A stretch of DNA of 64,000 bases from a virus. Taxonomy: Duplodnaviria > Caudoviricetes. The notes below the pieces were generated by a model. It did not search any database and was not told the origin of the DNA. It saw only the letters and a list, made by a program, of their open reading frames with translations. This document shows positions 19,026 to 27,172 of the stretch, one piece after another; positions within the stretch are counted from its first letter, which is position 1; each line of letters starts with the position of its first letter. The stretch is from positions 70,183 to 134,182 of IMG/VR virus record IMGVR_UViG_3300011989_000005; one strand, written 5' to 3'. The translations under genes were made by a program, and so were the position numbers.

Positions 19026-19535
19026 ATGAAAACAACTGAGATCTTTATGAAAATGGTGTATTGGCTTGTAGACAATACCGAAATGAAGAACCCTACTGAT
19101 GTGGCCCGAAAGGCTGGCATCAACGCGGCAAACGTTACTAAGATTAAGACTGGAAAAAACAAGTCGGTGCAGTATGAAACAATGGTAAAGCTGAACAATG
19201 CCTTTGGAAATGTGTTTAATCCGGAATGGATGCGTGGTGAGAGCGACGTTATGCTGGTAGCCGACTTAGCACCGGTTCGTACAGAGCTGCCTTCCCCCGC
19301 CCTGCAGGTTGCCGACCCCATTGCCGCCCTCCTCGCCGCCAAGGACGAGACCATCGCCTCGCTGAAGCGCGAACTCGCCGCCAAGGACGACGACATCAGC
19401 ACGAAGGACAAACTCATCTATACCCTTCAGCAACAGATAGACGACTTGCGTTTGCAAATCGCCGCGGAAAAGGGGCTTCATTCCGCTGGTGTTTCCCGAT
19501 CGGAAGCTGCTGAGAAGATTCACCCGAGTACATAG
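19026..19535 (+). CDS. CI-like XRE-family HTH repressor with coiled-coil C-terminus
   Basis: PTDVARKAGINAANVTKIKTG HTH and FNPEWMRGE; divergent from the early operon; no S24 peptidase domain seen. Confidence 0.8.
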   Translation: MKTTEIFMKMVYWLVDNTEMKNPTDVARKAGINAANVTKIKTGKNKSVQYETMVKLNNAFGNVFNPEWMRGESDVMLVADLAPVRTELPSPALQVADPIAALLAAKDETIASLKRELAAKDDDISTKDKLIYTLQQQIDDLRLQIAAEKGLHSAGVSRSEAAEKIHPST

Positions 19536-19571
19536 GCAGGAACGTATTTTTCCCATTATATATAATTATGT

Positions 19572-19610
19572 ATAAGAAGAACGATTAACAACGTTCTTCT
19601 TATTTTTTTT
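19572..19610 (+). terminator. Intrinsic terminator after the repressor
   Basis: 12-bp stem ataagaagaacg / cgttcttcttat followed by a T run. Confidence 0.85.
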
Positions 19611-19645
19611 GCCCTTGACCACCAGTCTTACTCAACATATTTTGG
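19610..19645 (+). promoter_or_regulatory. Putative late promoter, copy 1
   Basis: TGCCCTTGA-N19-TATTTTGG. Confidence 0.7.
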
Positions 19646-19676
19646 AAACAAAAACAATAAAAACATAATAACGATT

Positions 19677-19991
19677 ATGACTGTACCAGACATCAACAAA
19701 CTGAAGCATGTCATCGCGCAGCAGCTTCACCTGTATTATGAGACACTGGAGGACGGCACGAACGTGCTCCGGCACATCCGCGTACACCAGCGCACACTTC
19801 AGATGCCCGCCGACGGCGGAGTGACCGTAGACATCGTGACACCCGACGGCAAGATAGCCGACGGCAAAGTCAACAGTCAGTCTGTAGAAGACGAGACCCT
19901 TGAGTTGCAGGACCTCTCGCCCGAGGCCCGTGAGGCTATGGAGAACCACTTCGCCACCGACGACGACGTGCGTGCCGCCCTCGGACTCTGA
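19677..19991 (+). CDS. Hypothetical virion-associated protein
   Basis: 104 aa; first gene after the late motif; C-terminus shared with the next gene. Confidence 0.7.
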   Translation: MTVPDINKLKHVIAQQLHLYYETLEDGTNVLRHIRVHQRTLQMPADGGVTVDIVTPDGKIADGKVNSQSVEDETLELQDLSPEAREAMENHFATDDDVRAALGL

Positions 19992-20086
19992 CACTTTAAG
20001 GCTGTCCAGCAGACTGCCGCACCACGGCAGCCCGCCAGCATATAGTTCACTTTATTTTTTTTACCAACACAAACAACAAAAGCAAC

Positions 20087-20533
20087 ATGGCAAGGACCAA
20101 TGCAAACAGCGCCCTTAACATGGCGCACCTCCTGCTCATCAAGCAGGCTCTTGATGCAGTGAAGACTGCAAGTGAAGGACAGGGCACCGAGCTCGCCGCC
20201 CGTATAGCAGCCCTGGAGGCTCTGCTCAACGACGGTGACAACGTGACCGCCGCCATCGACAAGTTCAACGAGATTGTCGCCTTCCTGGCCGGCATCGAGA
20301 ACACTCAGACCCTGGAGGGCATCCTGGCCGGCATCAACACCGCCATCGGTGCAAAGTACACCAAGCCCGCTGACGGCATCCCCGCCAGCGACCTGGCTGC
20401 CGCTATCCAGACCACGCTGACTAACGCTGCCACCGCCTACGGCTGGGGAGACCACGCTCAGGCCGGCTACATCGTGGGCGAGTTTGCCACCGATGCCGAG
20501 GTGCGCACAGCTCTTGGGCTGCCCGCCGAGTAA
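20087..20533 (+). CDS. Fibre-like helical structural protein
   Basis: AIDKFNEIVAFLAGI and KYTKPADGIPASDL segments resemble phage fibre repeats. Confidence 0.65.
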   Translation: MARTNANSALNMAHLLLIKQALDAVKTASEGQGTELAARIAALEALLNDGDNVTAAIDKFNEIVAFLAGIENTQTLEGILAGINTAIGAKYTKPADGIPASDLAAAIQTTLTNAATAYGWGDHAQAGYIVGEFATDAEVRTALGLPAE

Positions 20534-20548
20534 GCCTCTTCCGCTCAC

Positions 20549-20582
20549 GGAGAGCCCGGAAAGTCCGGGTTCTCCTTTCTTC
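20549..20582 (+). terminator. Intrinsic terminator-like hairpin
   Basis: ggagagcccgga-aag-tccgggttctcc followed by tttctt. Confidence 0.6.
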
Positions 20583-20606
20583 ACCTCTTAACAGCAAAAC
20601 AAGAAT

Positions 20607-21053
20607 ATGCCAAACAATAACACTCTTGAAAAGGCCGTCAACCTCGGGCATCTGCAGATGGCTTATAAAGCCGGAGCATTGCTGCCCGTGGACATCTCGA
20701 CGCTCACGCCTGCATCGACGTTCCCCAAGAACGCCGTCATCGGCATCGGCGGCGTGCTCTACCGCGCCAAGCGGGCCACGGCCTCGATGCCGCTGACGAT
20801 GGTGGTGAGCGACGGCAAGTTCGTCACCCATGAGGTGAACGGACAGAAGGCCTTCGTCGTGCAGGACATGACCGTCAACGCCGACTGGGATGTGTGGATG
20901 GATGCCGGGCTCAGCTACGCCTACTCGCTTGCCGACCAAAGAATCACGGCACTGGAGACCGAGACCTACACCGCCAACGGAGAACAATACACGCGCCGAC
21001 AATTACTGCAGGCCGTGGCCGAGCTGATGCAGAAAACCATTGTCACGCAGTGA
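20607..21053 (+). CDS. Hypothetical fibre-associated protein
   Basis: 148 aa ORF directly upstream of the DGR target. Confidence 0.7.
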   Translation: MPNNNTLEKAVNLGHLQMAYKAGALLPVDISTLTPASTFPKNAVIGIGGVLYRAKRATASMPLTMVVSDGKFVTHEVNGQKAFVVQDMTVNADWDVWMDAGLSYAYSLADQRITALETETYTANGEQYTRRQLLQAVAELMQKTIVTQ

Positions 21054-21100
21054 CATTATGGCTCTTGAAATATATCACGAAAACAAAAAAAACTACAATC

Positions 21101-22006
21101 ATGGCAGACAACATTGGAATAGTTACTATTCAAGAAGCGCTGAAGAACGTGCAGAACGGTCTCACGGCGCAAGACACGGCGTCGAAGACACAGACACAGA
21201 TGATCTTCGGACCCGACGGAGCACCTAACGGCAAGATACCCCTCTCGACCGATGCCGTCATCGACCTGAAGACAGGCAAGAAACTCTCCGACATCCTGGA
21301 ATACCAGAAGCCCTACGTCGACTCGGAACTCTTCGTAGACATGGGCCTGCCCTCCGGCACGCTCTGGGCCAAGGCCTCCATCGACCTCACCACGCCGTCG
21401 AAATTCCAGGAGGTGGACGGCGCAGTATCGCCCTTCAAGTACGAGTGCTCATTCTTCTCTTGGGGCAACCAGGACGGACACAATCCCAGCAGCACATCAG
21501 CCTTCGACTACAACTGGGGCGGCGTGAACGAGCAGGAGCCCTACTACGACGGACAGCCCTACGGCACGACACCCGGCAACGCCCTCACGGGCAACATACC
21601 GCCCTCGATGGACGCCGCGCGCGCCTGCCTCGGTGCGCCCTGGCGCATGCCAAGCATGGAGGACTTTTCGGAACTGTTCGCCAATATCGACTACATCGAC
21701 GCCGACGGCAACGTGGTGACGGCAGAGACCAGCATCGCCAAGACGGCTGCCGACAAGCGCGTGACGGTAAACGGCATCAACGGCCTCTACCTGCGCTCGA
21801 AGATCAACGGTAATCGTCTTTTCCTTCCGGCGTCCGGCCTCGGCTATGGCCGTTCGTGGGGCCATCGCACGGGCAATGGCTACTTCTGGTCGTCGGCGTT
21901 CCATTCGGCTCGCGGCGCCCGGTACCTGTCCTTCAATCCGCATGGTGTCGACCCGCAGGACACGAGCGGTCGGTACGGCGGTTTCCCGGTTCGGCCGGTC
22001 CAGTAA
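21101..22006 (+). CDS. DGR target protein (C-type lectin-like fold, probable receptor-binding protein)
   Basis: ATG 21101 after an A-rich leader; VDMGLPSGTLWA, WRMPS, LFLPASG, YFWSS and GFPVRPV motifs; 3' end is the VR. Confidence 0.9.
   Translation: MADNIGIVTIQEALKNVQNGLTAQDTASKTQTQMIFGPDGAPNGKIPLSTDAVIDLKTGKKLSDILEYQKPYVDSELFVDMGLPSGTLWAKASIDLTTPSKFQEVDGAVSPFKYECSFFSWGNQDGHNPSSTSAFDYNWGGVNEQEPYYDGQPYGTTPGNALTGNIPPSMDAARACLGAPWRMPSMEDFSELFANIDYIDADGNVVTAETSIAKTAADKRVTVNGINGLYLRSKINGNRLFLPASGLGYGRSWGHRTGNGYFWSSAFHSARGARYLSFNPHGVDPQDTSGRYGGFPVRPVQ
21817..22003 (+). repeat. DGR variable repeat (VR)
   Basis: 187 bp ungapped match to 22961-23147 with 22 mismatches, all opposite TR adenines. Confidence 0.97.
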
Positions 22007-22038
22007 TACTTCCGCCCGAACCATTCCTTTGTGCGCTT

Positions 22039-22080
22039 CACTGCTGCACCGCCGCGCCCCAGCGCGGCACAGCAGCAGTG
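22039..22080 (+). other. Hairpin or cruciform downstream of the VR
   Basis: cactgctgc / gcagcagtg outer stem and gccgcgc-ccca-gcgcggc inner stem. Confidence 0.7.
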
Positions 22081-22127
22081 GGGCGGACGAAGGAAACCAA
22101 CAGAAAAAATAACAGACAAATAGAGAT

Positions 22128-22808
22128 ATGTCAACAGAACAGACACAACAACAGAACCAGCCGTCTGCCAAAGTCCAGCTGCTCAGGCAGCAGGGCGAGC
22201 GGAAGGGATTCACCAACCAGGAAATCCAGACCATCGAGGCCGACAGGAAGGAGCCTGAGAAGTGGAACGTGGTTCATTTGCTGCGCGATGGAAACTACTG
22301 GCACGCCAACGAGTGGAGCGCGTGGCTGGTGGCTGTGGTCATCACCTCGCAGATGAAGCGCCTGCACCCCGACATGGAGATTGACCCGCCCACGCCGGTG
22401 AAGAAATTCGCCAAGAACATCAACGGTGAATACATCTTCGTGGGATTCCAGGAGAAGTCGTTCGACAAGTACCTGCCCAAGGAACTGGTGCTCGACTGGC
22501 GCGACGTGGAGGACGGGCGCATAGACGTGCCCGTCCAGATGCCCGACGACCACGGCGAGCTGACCTATGAGCGCCTGCAGGCCGCTTATCAGAAGTGGAA
22601 GAGCGAACAGCCGCTGTCGAATGAGAAGGGCAAGAAAGAAAGCACCAACGGCGACCGTCAGGGCCGTGGCGGCGCGATGGGCGATACGCCCGGCCACATC
22701 CTCGCCATCATGGGGCGCATCATGTCGCTGCCGCTTCACCGCACGTCGCCGATAGATGCTCACAAATTCCTCGAAGAGGTGCAGCGCGAACTGCTGGCGC
22801 ATCTCTAA
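22128..22808 (+). CDS. DGR accessory protein, MutS-like (MSL-type) rather than Avd
   Basis: Lies between VR and TR; VVHLLRDGNYWHANEWSAW and YIFVGF resemble MutS domain I; C-terminal SPIDAHKFLEEVQ helix. Confidence 0.65.
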   Translation: MSTEQTQQQNQPSAKVQLLRQQGERKGFTNQEIQTIEADRKEPEKWNVVHLLRDGNYWHANEWSAWLVAVVITSQMKRLHPDMEIDPPTPVKKFAKNINGEYIFVGFQEKSFDKYLPKELVLDWRDVEDGRIDVPVQMPDDHGELTYERLQAAYQKWKSEQPLSNEKGKKESTNGDRQGRGGAMGDTPGHILAIMGRIMSLPLHRTSPIDAHKFLEEVQRELLAHL

Positions 22809-22960
22809 ACAAAAACTGATAACCCATAAAAAAGAATGGTCCGGAAGTATTTCATAGGTCGCCCGTCATGCCCCCGCAGGGGGTGTGAAACAGTGAAGAG
22901 ACAGTCTGGTCTTGCCACGTGCAACCCCTCGCTGCCGTCGTGTAAGGTGGCGACCGAAGC

Positions 22961-23147
22961 TCTTTTCCTTCCGGCGTCCGGCAACGGCAATGGCCGTTCG
23001 TGGAACAATCGCACGGGCAATGGCAACTTCTGGTCGTCGACGTTCAATTCGGCTCGCAACGCCCGGAACCTGAACTTCAATCCGAATGGTGTCAACCCGC
23101 AGAACACGAACAATCGGTACAACGGTTTCCCGGTTCGGCCGGTCCAG
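22961..23147 (+). repeat. DGR template repeat (TR)
   Basis: 17 AAC/AAT codons in the VR frame; directly upstream of the RT. Confidence 0.97.
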
Positions 23148-23190
23148 CAATCTCAGCGGCCATTCTTTCTCTTCTTAACGCCACCGTCTG

Positions 23191-24387
23191 ATGACGCTTA
23201 CCTATCCACAACTGCTGCGCGACCTGCACGTGGCCTTCGCCAGTGCTGCCCGCCACAAGGGCAAGATGAGCTACGTCCGCCACTTCCGCTCACAGCTGCG
23301 CCTGAACCTGGCGTGCCTGGCACTGGTGCTCATCCTGCGTCGCTACGTGCCGCTGCCGTCGCGGTGCTTCATCGTGTTCCATCCCAAGCAGAGAGAGGTG
23401 TTCGCGGCGCAGTTTCCCGACAGGGTGGTGCATCATCTGTACTTCTATTATACCCACTGGCTCTACGAGGCGACGTTCATACGCGACTCGTACTCGTGCA
23501 TCGAGCATCGCGGCACGCTCGACGGCATCCTGCGGCTGGCGCAGCACATCCGGCAGGAGAGCCGCGGCTATACCCGCGAGTGCTACATCCTGAAGCTCGA
23601 CATTCGCGGCTATTTTATGCACATCGACAGACGGCGGCTGCTCAGGATATGTCTCTCGACGCTCGACAGGATGGCCACGCACCGATTGCCGAAGGAGGCA
23701 GCAGCGGTGCTCGGCGTATCACCACGGAGCACGTGGCAGCAGGTGCTCGACATGGACTTCGTGCGCTGGCTGACGGAGGTCATCGCCATGCTCGACCCGA
23801 AGACATCCTGCGAGAGGGCTATGCCCATCGAGGCGTGGAACGGTCTCGATCCCGCAAAGTCGCTCTTCTGCACGGAGGACGGGTGCGGACTGCCCATCGG
23901 CAACCTGACCTCGCAGCTGCTGTCGAACGTCTACCTGAACGTGCTCGACCAGTTTATGAAGCGTGTGCTGAAATGCCGTCGCTATGGCCGCTACGTGGAC
24001 GACTTCTACGTCGTGTCGTGCGACCGCGAGTGGCTGCTGCAGCTGGTTCCGAAGGTGCGGCGGTTCCTGAAGCAGGAGCTTGCACTCGACCTGCACATGG
24101 GAAAGGTGTGCATCTGCCGCTCGACGCAGGGCGTGGAGTTCCTGGGAGCCTACGTCCGTCCGTGGCACATCACGCCGTCGGCAGCCTCGCTGCGGCACAT
24201 ACACCGCCATCTGCGCGAGATGGACTTCAGCCGTCCCGACAAGGTGGTGCGCACGGTCAACTCCTACCTCGGCATCCTGCGCCAGACGGCCAGCTACCGC
24301 CTGCGCCGCGAGCTGTTCTTCCGGCCCGAGTACCTGCGCATCGGCCACTTCGACGCCGACATGACCTGTATGCAGCGAGCCGCATAG
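23191..24387 (+). CDS. DGR reverse transcriptase
   Basis: PKQREVFAAQFPDRVVHH, LKLDIRGYF, GLPIGNLTSQ (SQ signature) and YVDD. Confidence 0.96.
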   Translation: MTLTYPQLLRDLHVAFASAARHKGKMSYVRHFRSQLRLNLACLALVLILRRYVPLPSRCFIVFHPKQREVFAAQFPDRVVHHLYFYYTHWLYEATFIRDSYSCIEHRGTLDGILRLAQHIRQESRGYTRECYILKLDIRGYFMHIDRRRLLRICLSTLDRMATHRLPKEAAAVLGVSPRSTWQQVLDMDFVRWLTEVIAMLDPKTSCERAMPIEAWNGLDPAKSLFCTEDGCGLPIGNLTSQLLSNVYLNVLDQFMKRVLKCRRYGRYVDDFYVVSCDREWLLQLVPKVRRFLKQELALDLHMGKVCICRSTQGVEFLGAYVRPWHITPSAASLRHIHRHLREMDFSRPDKVVRTVNSYLGILRQTASYRLRRELFFRPEYLRIGHFDADMTCMQRAA

Positions 24388-24473
24388 CGGAAATCTCCCT
24401 CCGTCCCGTATGCTGCGATGGTATCGCAGCCTCACGATAAAATCATTATTCACCCATTTAAATAATTATCACA

Positions 24474-25022
24474 ATGATGAACAAGACCACAGGACCCGTG
24501 AGCGACTTTGCTCCCCTGCGCGACGAGGGTTCGCGCGTCACCGTATGTTATGGACTGCAGCAGCCTGAACAGGCAGGCGGCCTTGCCTCCTGGTATGAGG
24601 TGTATCTTTACAAGCGTCAGCACGCCACCATTTCGCTTGCCGACGTGAAGCAAGCCATCTTGACCGACATCAACGCCCGTACTACCGAGAAAATCGTTTC
24701 CGGTCTGGTGTGGACATCTGCCGATGGCGAGCAAATCCCCGTGTGGCTCTCCGTAGAGCAGCAGCTCAACTTCATGGCTGCCTATACCCGTGCCATACAG
24801 ACCAGCGGTGACAACCTGCCCGTCACCTTCAAGATGGGCGAGGACGCAGAAGGTAATCCCGTCTACCACACCTTCGTGACAATGACCGAAGCAGAGGACT
24901 TCTACCAGCACGCCACAGACCATATCCATAGTCTGCAGGCCGCAGGCTGGCAGGAGAAGGACGCTATCGACTGGACTCCCTACGAGGCCCTGTTCCCCGC
25001 AAGCGGCGGCACCGGCGAGTAG
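24474..25022 (+). CDS. Tail-fibre assembly/chaperone-like protein (DUF4376-like)
   Basis: VWLSVEQQLNF...LPVTFK...GWQEKDAIDW; position next to the fibre locus. Confidence 0.55.
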   Translation: MMNKTTGPVSDFAPLRDEGSRVTVCYGLQQPEQAGGLASWYEVYLYKRQHATISLADVKQAILTDINARTTEKIVSGLVWTSADGEQIPVWLSVEQQLNFMAAYTRAIQTSGDNLPVTFKMGEDAEGNPVYHTFVTMTEAEDFYQHATDHIHSLQAAGWQEKDAIDWTPYEALFPASGGTGE

Positions 25023-25087
25023 TCGTCCCGTCTGTTGCGATACTATCACAACAATCTCTTTCACTCTTCCCTCGGGGGCGAGAGTAT

Positions 25088-25228
25088 AAAAAAGCCCCCG
25101 ACGTTCCACAAAGGAAGAACCACCAACCATTTGCGAATGCGAGCGTTACAGGTCGCCGTCGGGGGATATAGTACCCACTGCTCGACCTGTAACGCTATTG
25201 TTTTTATATCCGCGAAGGTTGGTGGTTC
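25088..25228 (-). ncRNA. Candidate structured RNA of about 140 nt
   Basis: TATCTTTG box at 25240-25233, three perfect helices (12, 14 and 9 bp) and a terminal T6 on the minus strand. Confidence 0.5.
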
Positions 25229-25274
25229 GGTGCAAAGATAATAAGAATATTTTAATCTTTAACAAATTTGCACG

Positions 25275-25514
25275 ATGAGACGCATAGATTTAGTGGAATT
25301 TAACAAGGAACTGCTTCAAAAGCTGAACGAAGCGGGCATCCGCTTAGAGGATTATAAGTACTGCGACTTATACCGCGACTATCTTGAATTGTCTCAGACG
25401 ATGGTCACTCGCAAGGCAGTCATCTTGACGCTGGCCGAGCGTCATCATATCAGCGACAGACAAGTCTATAACATTCTTCACCACCTCGAAATGTCAGTAA
25501 ACAGAAGACATTGA
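25275..25514 (+). CDS. Small HTH DNA-binding protein (Bacteroidetes type)
   Basis: LAERHHISDRQVYNIL HTH; N-terminal FNKELLQKL..AGIRLED. Confidence 0.75.
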   Translation: MRRIDLVEFNKELLQKLNEAGIRLEDYKYCDLYRDYLELSQTMVTRKAVILTLAERHHISDRQVYNILHHLEMSVNRRH

Positions 25515-25590
25515 AACCACCGCTTCACGGATGAACAGCAGGCTTCCGGCGATATGCTTTCATTTGCTTCATAGTCAAGTGATTAGTGAA

Positions 25591-25598
25591 TAACTTTG
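25591..25598 (+). promoter_or_regulatory. Bacteroidetes -7 promoter box for the six-gene cassette
   Basis: TAACTTTG, about 70 nt upstream of ATG 25668. Confidence 0.6.
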
Positions 25599-25667
25599 CC
25601 CGTGGGTTCGGATTTCCCGACCCGCGAGTTAATTCACATTATTCACCAACACAAACACTTTACAACA

Positions 25668-26750
25668 ATGAGTGACATGAAAGTTTTCTCTATTCCCGAC
25701 TCGAACGGCGGCAATGGAGGTAATGCGCTTGCCAACGGCATCGTGCCCTTCATGCTCGGAGCGGGCATGAGCGGCGGCATGGGCTTCGGTGGCTTCGGCG
25801 GCGGCTATGGCGGATGGAACGCCATGAATATGAACAACATCACAGAGCTGTTCGCCATGGGCATCCTCGCCAGCATGTTCGGATGGAACGGTAACGGCGG
25901 CTTCGGCGGCATGGGAGGCGCAAACGGCGTAGGGTTCCTCGCCAACCAGCTGAACAACGACAACGGGCGTGAGCTGATTATGCAGGCCGTCACCTCGCAG
26001 GGCGAACAGGCACGCACGGCTACGCAGACCCTTTCGACCATGCTCGGCCAGGACTTCAACCTCGTCAACAGCGGCATCCAGCTCATCCAGAGCTCGCTGT
26101 CAAGCATCGCTGCCCAGCAGGGCATGACTCCGCTGCAGATCATCAACAGCATCCAGGCTGGCAACGCAGCCCTGAGCCAGCAGCTCTGTCAGTGCTGCTG
26201 CGACAACAAGTTCGCTATCGCCGAACAGACATCTCAGCTGCAGCAGGGCATGAACACCGGCTTCAACGGCGTGCAGATGGGTCTGAACACTGGTTTCAAC
26301 GGTGTAGAGCGCGGTCTCTCTGGCATCCAGACGCAGATGGCTCTCAACGCAGGCAAGGACGAGCTGGCCACCTGCCAGCAGACCTACATCCTCACCGACG
26401 GCGCGAACCGCAACACGCAGGCCGTTCTGGCCAAGCTCGACGCTATGCAGACCCAGGTGCTGCAGGACAAGCTCGATGCTGCCCGCGAGAAGAACACACA
26501 ACTGGCCGGCGAGATTTCGCAGCTTAACCAGAACCAGTACATCGCTGGTGTGGTAGGTCAGACGATGGCTCCCGTGAACGCACAGCTCGCTGCCCTGAAC
26601 AAGGAGGTGGACGACATCAAGTGCAAGCTGCCTAACACCGTGAACGTGCAGTACCCGAACCTGGTGGCTGTCAACGCTACGCCTTACGTGAGCGGCGGCA
26701 TCTATCCTAACGGAATGTTCGGAGGCTACGGCGGCAACTACGGTTTCTAA
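25668..26750 (+). CDS. Gly-rich, coiled-coil protein with CQCCC motif (function unknown)
   Basis: ATG 25668 after an AC-rich leader; Gly/Phe/Met-rich hydrophobic N-terminus, Gln-rich helices, 11-aa tandem duplication. Confidence 0.85.
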   Translation: MSDMKVFSIPDSNGGNGGNALANGIVPFMLGAGMSGGMGFGGFGGGYGGWNAMNMNNITELFAMGILASMFGWNGNGGFGGMGGANGVGFLANQLNNDNGRELIMQAVTSQGEQARTATQTLSTMLGQDFNLVNSGIQLIQSSLSSIAAQQGMTPLQIINSIQAGNAALSQQLCQCCCDNKFAIAEQTSQLQQGMNTGFNGVQMGLNTGFNGVERGLSGIQTQMALNAGKDELATCQQTYILTDGANRNTQAVLAKLDAMQTQVLQDKLDAAREKNTQLAGEISQLNQNQYIAGVVGQTMAPVNAQLAALNKEVDDIKCKLPNTVNVQYPNLVAVNATPYVSGGIYPNGMFGGYGGNYGF

Positions 26751-26766
26751 CGGAAGGAGGTGAGCT

Positions 26767-27111
26767 ATGGGATGTAATTTCAATATTCCAACTAACCAGG
26801 GCGGCATACCTTACCTGCAGTCCACCAACACCACCGTTGGCACCACGGCTGTAGATATTGCCCTCGGCTTCAACCGCCGTCCGCTGCCGCCCGTAGGTTA
26901 TTTCACAGTGCGGCTCACCGATGCCATTCCTGCCGGAACCACGACCACGCTGCCCGTCACGCTGACCCGCAACGGCCAGACGCGCCAGCTCACACTCTTC
27001 GACGGCACGCCCGTCACAGTGGCCGAGCTGATTGGCGGCACCGGTGTGTTCACCGTCTTCAACGACGCTGGCAATGGCATACTCCAACTGATGAGCCGCA
27101 CCGTCGTCTAA
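26767..27111 (+). CDS. Small beta-rich protein
   Basis: 114 aa Thr/Val-rich; preceded by AAGGAGGTGA. Confidence 0.8.
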   Translation: MGCNFNIPTNQGGIPYLQSTNTTVGTTAVDIALGFNRRPLPPVGYFTVRLTDAIPAGTTTTLPVTLTRNGQTRQLTLFDGTPVTVAELIGGTGVFTVFNDAGNGILQLMSRTVV

Positions 27112-27172
27112 ACTTCCGCAGGCTGCGGAAACTCCGCAGCCTGCTATTAACTAACACAAAAAGTAAAACAAC

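Noticed and set aside
20894-21100. Upstream extension of the DGR target given by the ORF track
   Set aside because: It overlaps the previous gene; the A-rich leader favours ATG 21101
23191-24387. RT as a group II intron, retron or defence RT
   Set aside because: SQ motif, compact size and an adjacent adenine-specific TR/VR pair identify a DGR
22836-24440. 534 aa ORF spanning the TR and overlapping the RT
   Set aside because: It is the TR read in the VR frame running into an off-frame RT shadow; the RT motifs are in the 23191 frame
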